Position numbers and translations under genes: made by a program
Shown here: positions 1 to 11,662 of the stretch, in pieces
Layout of the letters: every line of letters starts with the position of its first letter
Position numbering within the stretch: the first letter of the stretch is position 1
The notes under the pieces: generated by a model
What the model saw: the letters and a program-made list of their open reading frames with translations, nothing else
Database searches by the model: none
Told to the model about the DNA's origin: nothing
NCBI GenBank assembly: GCA_022813865.1
Contig: JALDZX010000043.1
Location: 1 to 64,000 of the forward strand
Reading direction: 5' to 3'
From: Xylographa opegraphella
Lineage: Eukaryota
Length of the DNA: 64,000 bases

Positions 1-62
1 AACCCTAACCCTAACCCTAACCCTAACCCTAACCCTAACCCTAACCCTAACCCTAACCCTAA
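1..62. repeat. Telomeric repeat array (CCCTAA)n = TTAGGG on the minus strand; chromosome left end
   Basis: About 10 perfect AACCCT units from base 1, ending abruptly at 62. Confidence 0.99.
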
Positions 63-641
63 GTCCAGAATCCCAAAGGGCAAAAACTCAAAAAAAGAAG
101 GAGAAAGGACCTCGAAGGGATCGCTAGTAGAGGCCACGCCCCTACGTTCTTCATCTTTTTCCAGAGCCTTAATATTAAACATTTTTCGTTGAAACATTTC
201 GCGACCCTCGGCCTTAAGGTCCATGAGTCGACATTTCTTAGCTGCCAGTTTAGCAGCCTCTCGAGCCACCAGCTTAGCAGCTTCGACCTTCGACGTCTCA
301 AGCCTGGTCTCAAGCCTGGCTAGTTTAGCAGCCTCTTGAGTAACCAGCGCAGCAGTCTCGACTTTTGACGCTTCAAGTCTGGCTTCAAGCTTAATAATCT
401 TTTTACGAAAACGACGTTTGTTTTCTTTTAATGCCCTTCTGTCGGCATCGGTAACAATTAACGAACAACGTGCTTTCACTTCAACATATTTTGCGCAGAA
501 GTCAGAGTCTGCAGAGATCTAATACAATTTACCCTCCTTGACACAGCGATCGCAGGGATGCATTGCGAACTTTCCCTTTTCACGAATATCGATAGATTGA
601 ACCTTTCGGCGATGGGAACTAGATGACTTATATTTAGGCAT
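63..641 (-). pseudogene. Decayed Zn2Cys6-like + coiled-coil ORF, probably an LTR-retroelement accessory ORF, truncated by the telomere
   Basis: Manual translation from ATG 641: MPKYKSSSSHRRKVQSIDIREKGKFAMHPCDRCVKEGKLY*ISADSDFCAKYVEVKARCSLIV...KLEARLEASKVE...GILD, then telomeric LG repeats. Spacing is C-x2-C-x6-Y-x8-C-x2-Y-x6-C. One in-frame TAG at 519-521. Absent from the ORF track because the frame runs off the window end. Confidence 0.75.
247..390. repeat. Degenerate direct repeat, period 75 bp (25 codons), inside the subtelomeric ORF
   Basis: 247-315 agtttagcagcctctcgagccaccagc...ctcaagc versus 322-390 agtttagcagcctcttgagtaaccagc...ttcaagc. Confidence 0.9.
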
Positions 642-883
642 AATAAAGGGAAGCTGCTGGAATTCTTTCGGAGCAAGAATCTGGCGGGGGGAGCTAGTAA
701 TAAGGTTCTAACCTATACTGTATAGAACAGGGGTTGGATGAACTTTAGTCCGATGCCTCCGTTGCCTCAGTGGCCTCGAGTCGCCAAGACATGAGAGGCA
801 TGGGAGGCATGGGAGGTAACCTCGAACAGGACTTCTATATAGAGTGGAGGATTCCCTTTGTTATGGAAGGCGTGTTCAACTCA

Positions 884-1045
884 TGTTATGATCTTAGGAT
901 AATAGACTTCAATACAAACACCCTGTACGAAGACTATTACTCTTGGAGAACTATTAGACTGCTACTATGCCTTCCTATTTACTCATTGACGAATCCAACC
1001 CAGATCCCTAATCGAACTATACTAGTGAGAAGAAGGATCGTAACA
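884..1045. mobile_element. LTR-like unit (~162 bp) of a Ty3/gypsy-type retroelement, degenerate
   Basis: Starts TGTTATGATCTT and ends AGGATCGTAACA (reverse complement TGTTACGATCCT): TG...CA termini with a 12-bp imperfect inverted repeat differing only by C/T. Interior is TpA-rich. Confidence 0.6.
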
Positions 1046-1099
1046 TTCAATTATATTATATAACAATTAATATTTTTACCTTTTATCATATTTACATCG

Positions 1100-3796
1100 T
1101 TATTGCTGCATTCGCATCGAGGCCATGGATCGGAAATTTGGACTCTGGGAAGTTCTACTGCTTTTTCTTGCCTCGACAGGGGGTCGACTTCGACTGGTTC
1201 TTCGCGGACCGTCTGCCTGGCTACCGCGACGACTGAAGCTCAAACGTTCCTCGACCTGGCTCTTCCTTCGCTGTTTGACGTGATCGGGGACCATTCGTCT
1301 CATATACCGGTCAAGGCTCTCACACAGTCGATCCAGCACCCACTCGCTTTCGCTCTCGTCGGCCATCATCGGACTGTCCTCCCCGATCCAGTCCCACTCG
1401 ATCAGACCCTCTTCTTGCTCTTCCTCCTCGACTCCCGCTTTCTGGGCCCCGGGATTGAATTGACTGAACCTGATCAAGCGACTGAACTCAACCCATTCCT
1501 CGTAGGAGTAAGGTTGCTTATCCCCGCGACTCAATTCATCGGCCGTGCGACGGATCGCAACCGCCAGCTTCCGAGCAAGATCGTGCTCGTCAAGGTCGTC
1601 GTCTGTGGCCAGCTGCTCGATAGTAGGCTTCAGGTTGAGGTCAGGATCTTCCGCAGGTCCTGGAAACCCGCCCTTGATCCGTTTCTTCTCAGCACGTCTC
1701 AGAAGCCATTTATCCACATAATGCATGGCAACAACGTGCTTGTCAAGAAATGCGCGGAACTTTCCCTCCTGAGGTAACACCGTCCAATCAGCCAAGGCGA
1801 AGGTCCTCCGTTTATAGCTTGCAATGACAGTATCTCCCATATCGGAAATCAATATCGTCATAGTGGGAACAGCGACGAGAGACCATACAATGAAAAAGGG
1901 CTTCCCAGCATTGGATTTAGGGGCGAGATCTCCGTATCCGATTGTCAACAGCGAGACATAACAGAAGTATAGAGCTTCAAAATAGCTCAACCCTTGTTCA
2001 CTTTGCTCCACGCGCCAGAAAACAACAGCTCCAACACACCATAGCAACCCGACTGGGAACGGTCAGTAGACTGTCAGAAGAACTCGAGAAGTAGGGGAGC
2101 CTACATGCAATGACAGACATGGTCAACGCGAAATACTGCTTGAAGTGTTTGGTACTACGCTGGATGGCTCGCATTGCGTCGAAACGGTCTTTCTCTTCGC
2201 GAAGGATGAGGAGCTTCGTTCTTTGCGTCCGCACTCTCCTCAGTCGTTGTATGGGCATAGTTATGGAACGCCGGCTCATGAAACTGGACGATTTAGAAAT
2301 TGCTGACATCGGACTTTTGAGGGGGCTTAAAGGGCTCTTGAGATTCTTCCACGTTTTTTGGCGATCGGGCGAGCCTCCCCTTTCCAAGTCAATATCCGGG
2401 TCAAATGCAATAGTGCGCTTTTGAGGATCAAAGGGTGCAGATATCGATGGTCGCGGACCTTTCTTTTGTTTATGCTTTTTCAATTGTTCCTCTGACTGAT
2501 ATTTCTGCGCAGCTTCGAATGAGTTGGTGACTGCGCGGTCGAATGTACGTGCTCGTTTCGTCTCTACGTGGTGTTTGATGACTTTGTTGTGGCCGAGTTC
2601 TTGCGCAAATTTCCGGATACTGGTAACCATCAAACCCAGGATAATGATACCACCGACCGAGTAAGGAAAGACGAGCCCTCTTCCCGCATCGTTTGGAGCA
2701 TAAAAGTCTCCGAATCCAACGGTGAGAACGGTGACGTCTGCAAAGTAAAGAGCATCAACATAAGACCATCCGCAAAGCTTGGAAAACACGCCTGCTCCAC
2801 CTGCGAGCCAGAAAAAAAACATCATGGTTTGGAGGATAAGATTCCGTTGTTCGTCAGTCAAATCAAAGTGCTGCGGATAGTGTCCAAGAAAATAACCCAG
2901 CATATTGACCATCAGCATCATAGAAGCGATGAGATACAGGGTGGCAGCAATAACGGCGTGCCAGAAGCCTTGAGAATAGGTTTGAAGTGGTTGTACCGGG
3001 GGCACAAATTTATCCATCGAGATCGTTATTCCCATCAGCTAAGTGGGACATCGTTAGGAGGCTTTCCAATATGATATGGCAGCGCGCTGTAGCCTAGTAG
3101 ACTCACAATTCCAGTAGCGAAATACCACAATATAATGGTCATCGGTAAGGCTACGATATACCGTATCCGTCTCGTGAAATTGAAGAGTAGGAAGACATTG
3201 CCAATGAAGCCGCAAAACAAAGAGGCTGCGTTGAGCGCGATACACCTAGCGACAGTCAACAACAGGAATTCCAAGATGCAGGGACCACAGCTACCAGTGG
3301 GGATCGGCGTAGCCAATCGAAGCGTCGTCAATCCCTGGGTAGTCAGTGTCATAATTGTTCCTCCACGAAGTAATCAGAGCAGCAATGGACAAGACATTCG
3401 CCAGAGGACCAATAGTAGCCGCAAGGAGCGGTATCGCGGTTGAGGCAAACCACCAGTCCCTGACATCGTGAGAAAGGTCAGCTCCTGTGCTCTTTCGCCG
3501 TTGCTACGATGTTATGCTTACTGCTCTTCATCGTCATCTGCACCCCGCATATGGAACTTCCAGAATTCTCGGACATATGTATGCGAACGTTCGAGAGGGA
3601 TCGAGGCCTCGTCATCTTCTCCATCATCGACATGGCCAGTCATATCATTATTCTGACTGTCACGCTCAATCTTGTCCTGCAAGATCGGTGCTTTGCTCAA
3701 TCCCTCTACATTATCGTCCTTATCACTTTCGAACGTTCTTCGTAGAGACTCCCTCGCGGTCGTGGCACTGTCCGGAGGAGTCCCGGAACCGTCCAT
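1100..3796 (-). CDS. TOK1: TOK1-type two-pore outward-rectifying K+ channel (spliced)
   Basis: Two pore loops, LTVGFGD and LTIGYGD. The exon after intron 3460-3521 reads DWWFASTAIPLLAATIGPLANVLSIAAL. Many TM segments. GT-AG introns join the ORF pieces. Confidence 0.93.
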
Positions 3797-5178
3797 GGAG
3801 ATGAAAATCTACTGGAGGAATCCAGCATAACAACCTCGACTCAAAACGTATTGGAAAGTCTCCGAATCCCGCGGAGGCGTAAGTAGATCCGGATCGCTAT
3901 ATAATGCGCAGACGGAGATAGAGCGGGATCATTCCAACCGCAGAAGGGGGAAGGGTGCTTCGGACCAACTCATGGGAGATGAAACAACAGTATGGTTGGT
4001 AGACGCAATGATTGGAATGCAAGATTTATATGATCTGATGTTTGACGAGCTGCAACTCGATGCTTGCATATAAGACTGATGATAAGATACAGACATCTCG
4101 TACGAGATCACCAAGCCTTCCGCGGAGGCCGACTGGCGTCATAGGGACCTAGTTCGCGATATAGTTGACGATTGGCCTGCAGATGCAAAGATAAGCGGCC
4201 GTGCACAAGGGCCAAGTCGCCCGAGATTCCGTGCAGAATTCGGATTAGGGACTAATTTGACCTATTCTTAGCGATCGGCGTCCGATGTCTGCGGGGGGCG
4301 GCCTCGGCAAGACTCGAGCAGCAACAACATCAACATTCTGCTGGACATCACGCCGATAATATCCGCGGAAGGATACCTTAGAGCGCGTACTGTCATCCCG
4401 ATGAGTGCTGTCCCATTCTCCCTCAAATGTTGAGCCCGGCACTGCTTTTCGCAACGAATGTACCTACCCATTGTCCTATTTACGTTACGGTAACAGCACA
4501 GTCTCCCGCCGCCGCCACGTTGATTCGCTGCGAGTCGAGGTTATCCATGCATCCTGCTGGTTGTTCCCATGGCACAAATATCTACATATAACGATCATCC
4601 AAGGCCAATGGTGTGGATTCGGCCGACGAAGCCGCTGGATACACGGTCGTGAAAGCAACACTGGAGGGCATTGCCCGGGGTTGGATCATCTACTTTTGAT
4701 TAGGCATGACTGATAGGATGAGCAGCTAGTTCGACAGGGCAAGGATTATGAAATGTTCTCTGGCCAACCAGATTTGCTGAGCAATCTTTGCAAGTCCAAG
4801 TACGAGTTTCTTGTATATAGGCAGAGAAATAGTGAGGTTTGACCTAGTTAGTTCGTGGCCGTAAATCCTTCGACACACAGACCATGCATCCCAAGTCCCT
4901 TCTGTAGGCCGTTGTTTGAAACTTCTGTCTTACAGTGATCGCCATATTCAAGCATCGACCGGAAAGACGCCTGTCGCTAAGTGTTAAATCGACCGGTCTC
5001 AGGATAAAGATACATCACACTGCGTGAGAGCGCTTAATCCCAGTAGCGTCTTCGGCTACTCGTGATGGCGCGTGGGCTCGCTATAAGCGCAATAGCCGCC
5101 ATATACATTGAGGAGATGAAAATAAGCCATCACTTAAGTACCACCGAGCATAGTCGTGCAATATCCGACACCCTCAGG

Positions 5179-7481
5179 ATGGACGGTGAAACGTTTGTTT
5201 CAAACAATATGGCCGCGCATGGAACAAACGGGCTTACGAGTGATGCGACTGTTTCAGCGACAAACGATGCATCTCAGTCCTCAAGCACAGGTACAGTGGC
5301 TGCTTCTCCCTGAACCAAGTGAACGGCTTGTCGTGACGCGTTTTGTTCTGACTTCTGCTTCTTGTACAGCTGGGTCTCTCATGCCAAAACTTGAGACTAC
5401 TGACTCGAGCAATAACTTACCTACCATTCCTGATGCCTCACGCGCCCCGACAACTTCAGTATCCGACAATCCTCTCGACGCGCCGGAGGCGCCGCGTCCG
5501 GATGAGGAGGACGACGATGGTCAGGAAGATGGGGAGATGGGTGGAATGGACGAGCCTCCCAAGCAGGAGAATGGAAGTCCCGAAAAGGCTGAGGCGGATG
5601 ACCAGACACCGCAGCAAGTCGACACTGGCGCAGGAGGCCAGACGCTTGAGGGCGCCGCAACCTCCACGCCATCTGCTCAAGCACACCTGATTACACAAAC
5701 TCATGCTATTGTCCTACCCAGCTACAGTACCTGGTTTGATATGCACAAGATTCACCGGTTGGAGGAGAAAGCCATGCCCGAATTCTTCAACAGCCGGAAT
5801 CGTAGCAAGACTCCAGCGATATACAAAGATTATCGGGATTTTATGATTAACACCTACCGAATCAATCCAACCGAGTATCTTACGTTCACTGCGTGTAGGA
5901 GGAACCTTGCAGGAGACGTATGCGCAATTCTGCGAGTTCATGCCTTCTGTGAGCAATGGGGTCTTATCAATTATCAGGTTTGCGATCCTCCACTGCTTTC
6001 TCAGGTTTATTTACTGAGCCTTATAGGTCGATGCTGACAAAAAGCCGACCGTGATTGGCCCCCCTTTCGCGGGACATTTTCGAATCACTGCGGACTCGCC
6101 ACGTGGCTTGCAGGCTTTCCAGCCGGCCGCCAAAATCGAAAGCACTTCCGGGCAACCATTTGGACCTACGGAACGGGCGCTTGCTGCCACTCCATTAAAA
6201 AAATCGGAGCTTATCATGGAAGGGCGGAGAAATGTGTTCGATAGAACCGGCAAAGACTTGACATCAGCATCAGAAGCTCAAGCAAATGGGGAAGGTAGCA
6301 GCATTATTGGAGCAGCAGATGCTGAATCTGCCACCAAGACTGTAGAGAAACTGGCCAAAGAACTGACGAAACCAGTCTATTGCCGCACTTGTGGGGTTGA
6401 TTGTACCCGAGTCCGATGGCACAGTGCAAAAACGTCCAGCACAACTGGTTCGACTCCAACTTTATACGACTACTGCACGTCCTGCTTCGCTCAGAGCAAG
6501 ATTGATAGCAGCACGAATCCGGTCGAATATGTCAAACTTGAAGATCCAGAATACTCCACCATTCAAGATCGGGACACTCCATGGACGGATTCTGAACTGA
6601 TGCGTTTACTGGAAGCAATCGAGCTCTTCGACGAGAACTGGAACTCTATTTCTGACCATGTAGGAAGCCGTACACGTGAAGAGTGTGTTATGAAGTTCCT
6701 CCAACTGGAAATTGAGGACAGTTACCTCGAAGATGGGCCCGAAGCTGACCCTTATATGGCTCTTAACACAGGCCAGCTTCCTTACAATCAAGGCGTGAAT
6801 CCCGTGATGTCGGTTGTAAGCTTCTTGGCTGGCATGAACCCTCCAGCCGTTGCGGCTGCTGCTGCCGGAAGATCGGTAGCCGAGTTGAAGTCTGCCTTGG
6901 AGAAAGAACGAGAGACGGGCAGGCTGGGTCGCGAATTTACAGCACGTCAAGGAGAGGGTGCCACAAAGTCGACAGAGGGAGTGAAGAACGAAGATTCTAT
7001 GGACGTTGATCATGCCGAGAGCCCACAAGCAGATAACCGCAACCAAGTTGTTCTCTCCCATGACAGGCGCGAGCCATCTGCATCACTTGCCACCCTTGCC
7101 TTGGCTTCCTCAGCTGCGCGCGCTTCTGCTCTAGCGACACACGAAGAGCGGCACATGACGAGTCTCGTTGCGGCAGCTGTCAACGTGTCACTGGAGAAAT
7201 TAGAGCTCAAGCTAGCCCAATTCTCGGAGATGGAAAGTATCCTGCAAGCAGAGCGGTTGGAGTTAGAGAAGGCGAGGCAGCAGCTGTTTTTGGATAGATT
7301 AGCATTCAAGAAGAGGGTCCGAGAGGTACAAGGGGTCTTGAGAAAGCTGAAAATTGACGACAGCAGGCTTGGGACGATTGGTGAGCAGAAGCTTGGGTTC
7401 GTGAGCGTCACCGGTCGAGCTGAGGACGATGTGCGACCTTTGGGCGTGGGCGACGAGGGCTTTCGAGGGGTAGAGGTGTAG
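5179..7481 (+). CDS. RSC8: SWI/SNF-RSC complex subunit (Rsc8/Swi3/Ssr family)
   Basis: SWIRM domain (PSYSTWFD...[30 protein letters not shown]...EQWGLINYQ), ZZ-like [12 protein letters not shown]/Myb [14 protein letters not shown]...W...[15 protein letters not shown]-terminal KLELKL coiled coil. Confidence 0.92.
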
Positions 7482-8037
7482 GTCCCGCTACTAACATAAC
7501 CATTTCATCGTGGCTTCAGGACTAGGAGTTTCAGGGGTAGGAGCTTTGCGTATCTGGTGTCGTAGCCTTTGCGCCTCCAGCTTTTCTTTTACGGCCGAGT
7601 CCTCCTGGTAAGCTACTGGTTTGGGGTAGAGATGACTTTTCGGCTTGCAGGGTTTGTACTTGTACTAAGTGCAGCAGCTCAGATTGTGAGGATAGCTCAC
7701 CAGAATTGTAGGTTAGCAAGACATGATTAGTTAGTTTGGGTTGGAATTGGTTGGGACTGAATAATCAGGAACAACTGTCACCACAACTGATTTACATAAT
7801 ACTGCGAATCAGAATGACTGAACTGCATAGTACTCGGTTCAAGGTGTATCAGCGATTGGGACACGCCAGTATGTCATGTAATTTGTTGCACATGCACGGA
7901 CTCGACACACAACAGTGTTGGTTCTAAAGCAAGCCGGAGAAGCGGTTCTTCCGTAGCCGCATACACGTCGAGCTTACCTTAGTGAACCTTGGTGATTCCA
8001 CGGCAACGAACCCGTCTGAAATGTTCTGCTCCTGAGA

Positions 8038-10436
8038 ATGCCCCGACATCGACCCCCGACTTCCGGGTATGCTCGACTTTCACAAGCGGACGAAGAGCTG
8101 GGGAATGGCTACCAAGACGACTCCGATGAAGATGACCACTATACAAATGCCCATGTCCTCTCCGTTTCGGCGCCGCAGTATGCCCCAATTCAACCACAAC
8201 CGCAAGGACACATGCAACTGCCTCTGGATGGATCTGGCTTGTACAGGAAACGCCCGGGAAGCCGGCGAAGGGGCAGGAGCAACTCGTCGGGCGTGGACAT
8301 AAAAGCCATCAACGCTCGGCTTGAACGCTGGGCAGGAGAGATAGCTTCCAAATTTAAGATCAACAAAGTAAAAGGCAAGTCGCAGGAAGAAGAGCAGCTG
8401 GAAATCCATTACTCTGTCTTCCAGCCTCCGGATGGCATACGACCAGAAACTGCAGAGACATTACAATCGGAGGTCACGGCCACTCAGGAGCCACGGATGA
8501 CAAAGTTGGAATATGATGATGTGGTGGAAAGCGTGAGGATTGCAATTGAGCTAGGCGTTCATCCGAAGATGATCTCGCAAGGGAGTTCCGGCAGTTACTT
8601 TGCTCGAAACACTGATGGAAAGGTCGTGGGAGTCTTTAAACCTAAAGACGAGGAGCCATATGCATCTAGGAACCCCAAATGGACAAAATGGATCCATCGA
8701 AATCTTTTCCCTTGCTTCTTTGGCCGAGAGTGCTTGATACCAAATCTTTCATACGTTTCTGAGGCTGCAGCTTATGTGCTGGACAGTAGACTTAGGACTA
8801 ACCTGGTCCCCTATACCGATATAGTGCATCTTTCATCAAAGTCCTTTTACTATGACTTCTGGCAAAGATCTGCATTCTACCGAAAGCGAAAACCATTGCC
8901 AGAGAAAGTGGGAAGTTTTCAGGTGTTTTTGAAAGGGTTCAAAGATGCCAATATCTTCCTTAGAGATCATCCCTGGCCCGATCAGACAAACACGGGATTC
9001 AGGCCAGAAGATGCGCCGAAGAAGAAAAGGGCGCCCTGGGCCGAAGACTGCCGACCGCGAGGTGCACCATTGGTCGATACCGAGGCAAGGCAGGGCCAAT
9101 CCAGGCCAGCTTCTACGAACGATGAATTAGGTCCACGGAGGTTTTTTTGGAGTGAAGCGTTACAACAGTCATTTAGAGAGGAGCTCGAGAAACTGGTCAT
9201 TCTTGACTATATCATGCGTAACACAGACCGTGGTTTGGATAATTGGATGATCAAAGTGGACTGGCACAAACAAGAAGTTTCGATTGTCTCTGAACCTTCG
9301 AAGGCAAAGAGTTCTTATGAATCTCACTTACACCCTGTCCCTCACCAGCCTGGAGCCACCAGTCTTTCTGACCCTTACAGACGTCAAGAAAACATGAGCA
9401 GCATTAGCCGTTCTGCGATACCTTCGAACATTCACGACACCAGCAATCCCCCCACTATCTCCATTGGCGCCATTGACAACAGTCTCTCATGGCCATGGAA
9501 ACATCCGGATGCAGTAAGTAATTGTAGGCCTTGCCTTGATTGTATAGCGCTAATGACGTCCAGTGGAGAAGTTTCCCATTTGGCTGGCTGTTTCTGCCAG
9601 TCTCATTGATTGGACAGCCTTTTTCACAAAGGACTCGGGACCATTTTCTTCCATTGTTGACGTCCACGGAATGGTGGAGCCAGACACAAGTGGCTCTCCG
9701 GCGGGTCTTCAGCCAAGATTCCGACTTCAAGGAAAGGATGTTTGCCAGACAGATAGCAGTCATGAAGGGTCAGGCATGGAATGTGGTCGAGACCCTGAAA
9801 ACTCTGGACCATGGTCCGTTGGAGCTTACAAGGAGGGCACGTGTGTGTGTCTGGGATGATTTGGTCGATATTCCTGTGGCTATACCACTAAGGACCCCCT
9901 CTGCTGAAATGCGTCGGCGCACCGATACCGGATATCCCCATATGGATGAAGAGGAAGAGATGGATATCAGTGCCGCGAATGGATCATCTTCCAAAGTACA
10001 TCCCGATCTACTCAATCTCTCTCCACCCACGTCAGAACTGCCCAACCCGAACCGGTTCGACCTGTCCAGAAACCTCAGCACTTCCGATCTTGGTCAGCCA
10101 CACGACAGAAACGCAACTTCTGCGGCGGAAGATACGGCCAGACTGAATCGGAGCAGCGATATGGCAAATGGAAACAAAGCTCGACCTAGTCCTATCCGAA
10201 CGCGGACTCGTGCCAGTTATGACGGACATCGGAAACGAAGCAGTACCGGAGGTCACCACCGCCGATACTCTCACTCGATGCGAGGCGGCACCAGCTCATT
10301 CTTATACGACGGTGATGATTTGGAGGGCGATTTGGGCTACGCGGCCGCGGAAGGCATGGAGGGCAATCAGCGCAAAGTCATTGTGGAGCGATTAGAAACG
10401 GTCAAAAGCAAGAACCCAGTGTTCACATGGTGTTGA
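8038..10436 (+). CDS. LSB6: Type II phosphatidylinositol 4-kinase
   Basis: ISQGSSGSYF, VFKPKDEEPY, LDYIMRNTDRGLDNWMI, AIDNSLSWPWKHPD|intron|WRSFPFGW, C-terminal PVFTWC. Confidence 0.95.
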
Positions 10437-11662
10437 ATCATCACGAGAGGTTTCTTCGGCATTTATAAGTATGGTGTTTAGGGTTGTATCATCATCGCAT
10501 GGAGGTCATTGTAAACAATATTCTGTAATCCCTCGCCGACCACAGTTAGATGGAGCATGTACTTATAAAAGGTGTTCAACGATGATTTCGAAGCTCTATC
10601 AATGGCCATTCACTGTACTGTACACCGTGTCGTATATTGTATTGACATTACAAGAATTGATCTATTGTAAAGATCATAATTGCCAACGGTCATCCAGGTG
10701 TGAGAAGGCAATGCAGGAGAATCTATCCAGTAGTGCTCTACACCGAGGCACCCCAGATTAGAGCACAAATTCCCCAAGAACCATTATTCATAGGTACCTT
10801 GTCAGTCCAAATCCGCTCGCACCATACAAGTAAAGGCAATCTCCAAACCGTGAACCCAACAAGCATTCCTGCCCTATCTCATAATCGCTATCTCGAATAT
10901 AACACGAATGAAGCCCCCTGAAGGCCTCCCCCCCCTCCTTCCCGGGTCACCTGCCTGCATTGGATCTGTCCGCAGGAGTCTCGATTGCATTTAATATACT
11001 ATTATATGTAAAATGCATACCGACCGCTATATCTGACGAGTGCGGCAGGGAGTAAAGAGCCGTGTGCAAAGGGTGGGGAGGGAGCTTTGGAAGGGAGCGA
11101 ATTGCACTCATCATAGCGGATCAACTATAACTAGACTACGTGAAATAGAAATCCTTCTGGTAATAGAGAGACGGGCACTGTACCTGGACCGGTGGACTGA
11201 CAGGAAGATTTCCAAGGGCAGACTTGGTACTCTTGGAGCATGTGTGGTGTCTAGACAAGCAATACGAATCTAGCAATTTGAAGAAAAAATCGGTTGTCAG
11301 AGCCGTTCACCCAGCCTTTCCCATTCGTCAGTGGAGCATGGCGTCCGCGTATCTACCTATCCTCCCAGCGCTAAACATGCAAATCAGGAAGCTGTACCAC
11401 TGTCACACCCGGGGCTATCTAGAATACACCGATCCCCCGTGCGATTTCCCACTCCGGGTAACGTTGGGCAGCCCAAACAGCAACACCACTATGTCCGGTT
11501 GCTTCAAGGATGTGCAGGAAGCCAGAAAGAAGGACGCCATTCGTGCCATGATATCATGCCATACATCATGAAGAGGTGAGCGATTTGCATACGGTGAAAG
11601 GATAGCCAACGGTGTACACAATTCGCGTGGTAGTCGCTCAAAGCAAGAACGTGACGACACGA

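Noticed and set aside
59..1063. Listed ORFs 59-313, 476-676 and 770-1063 as genes
   Set aside because: Alternative frames of the TE relic; the informative frame is 641->63, which the track omits.
63..1100. Telomere-linked RecQ helicase or telomere-targeting LINE
   Set aside because: No helicase or reverse-transcriptase motifs seen.
10437..11662. Small gene or telomerase RNA between LSB6 and CUL1 (TTAGGGTT at 10488)
   Set aside because: Only short, motif-less ORFs; an 8-nt telomere-like match is expected by chance. Probably 3' UTR sequence.
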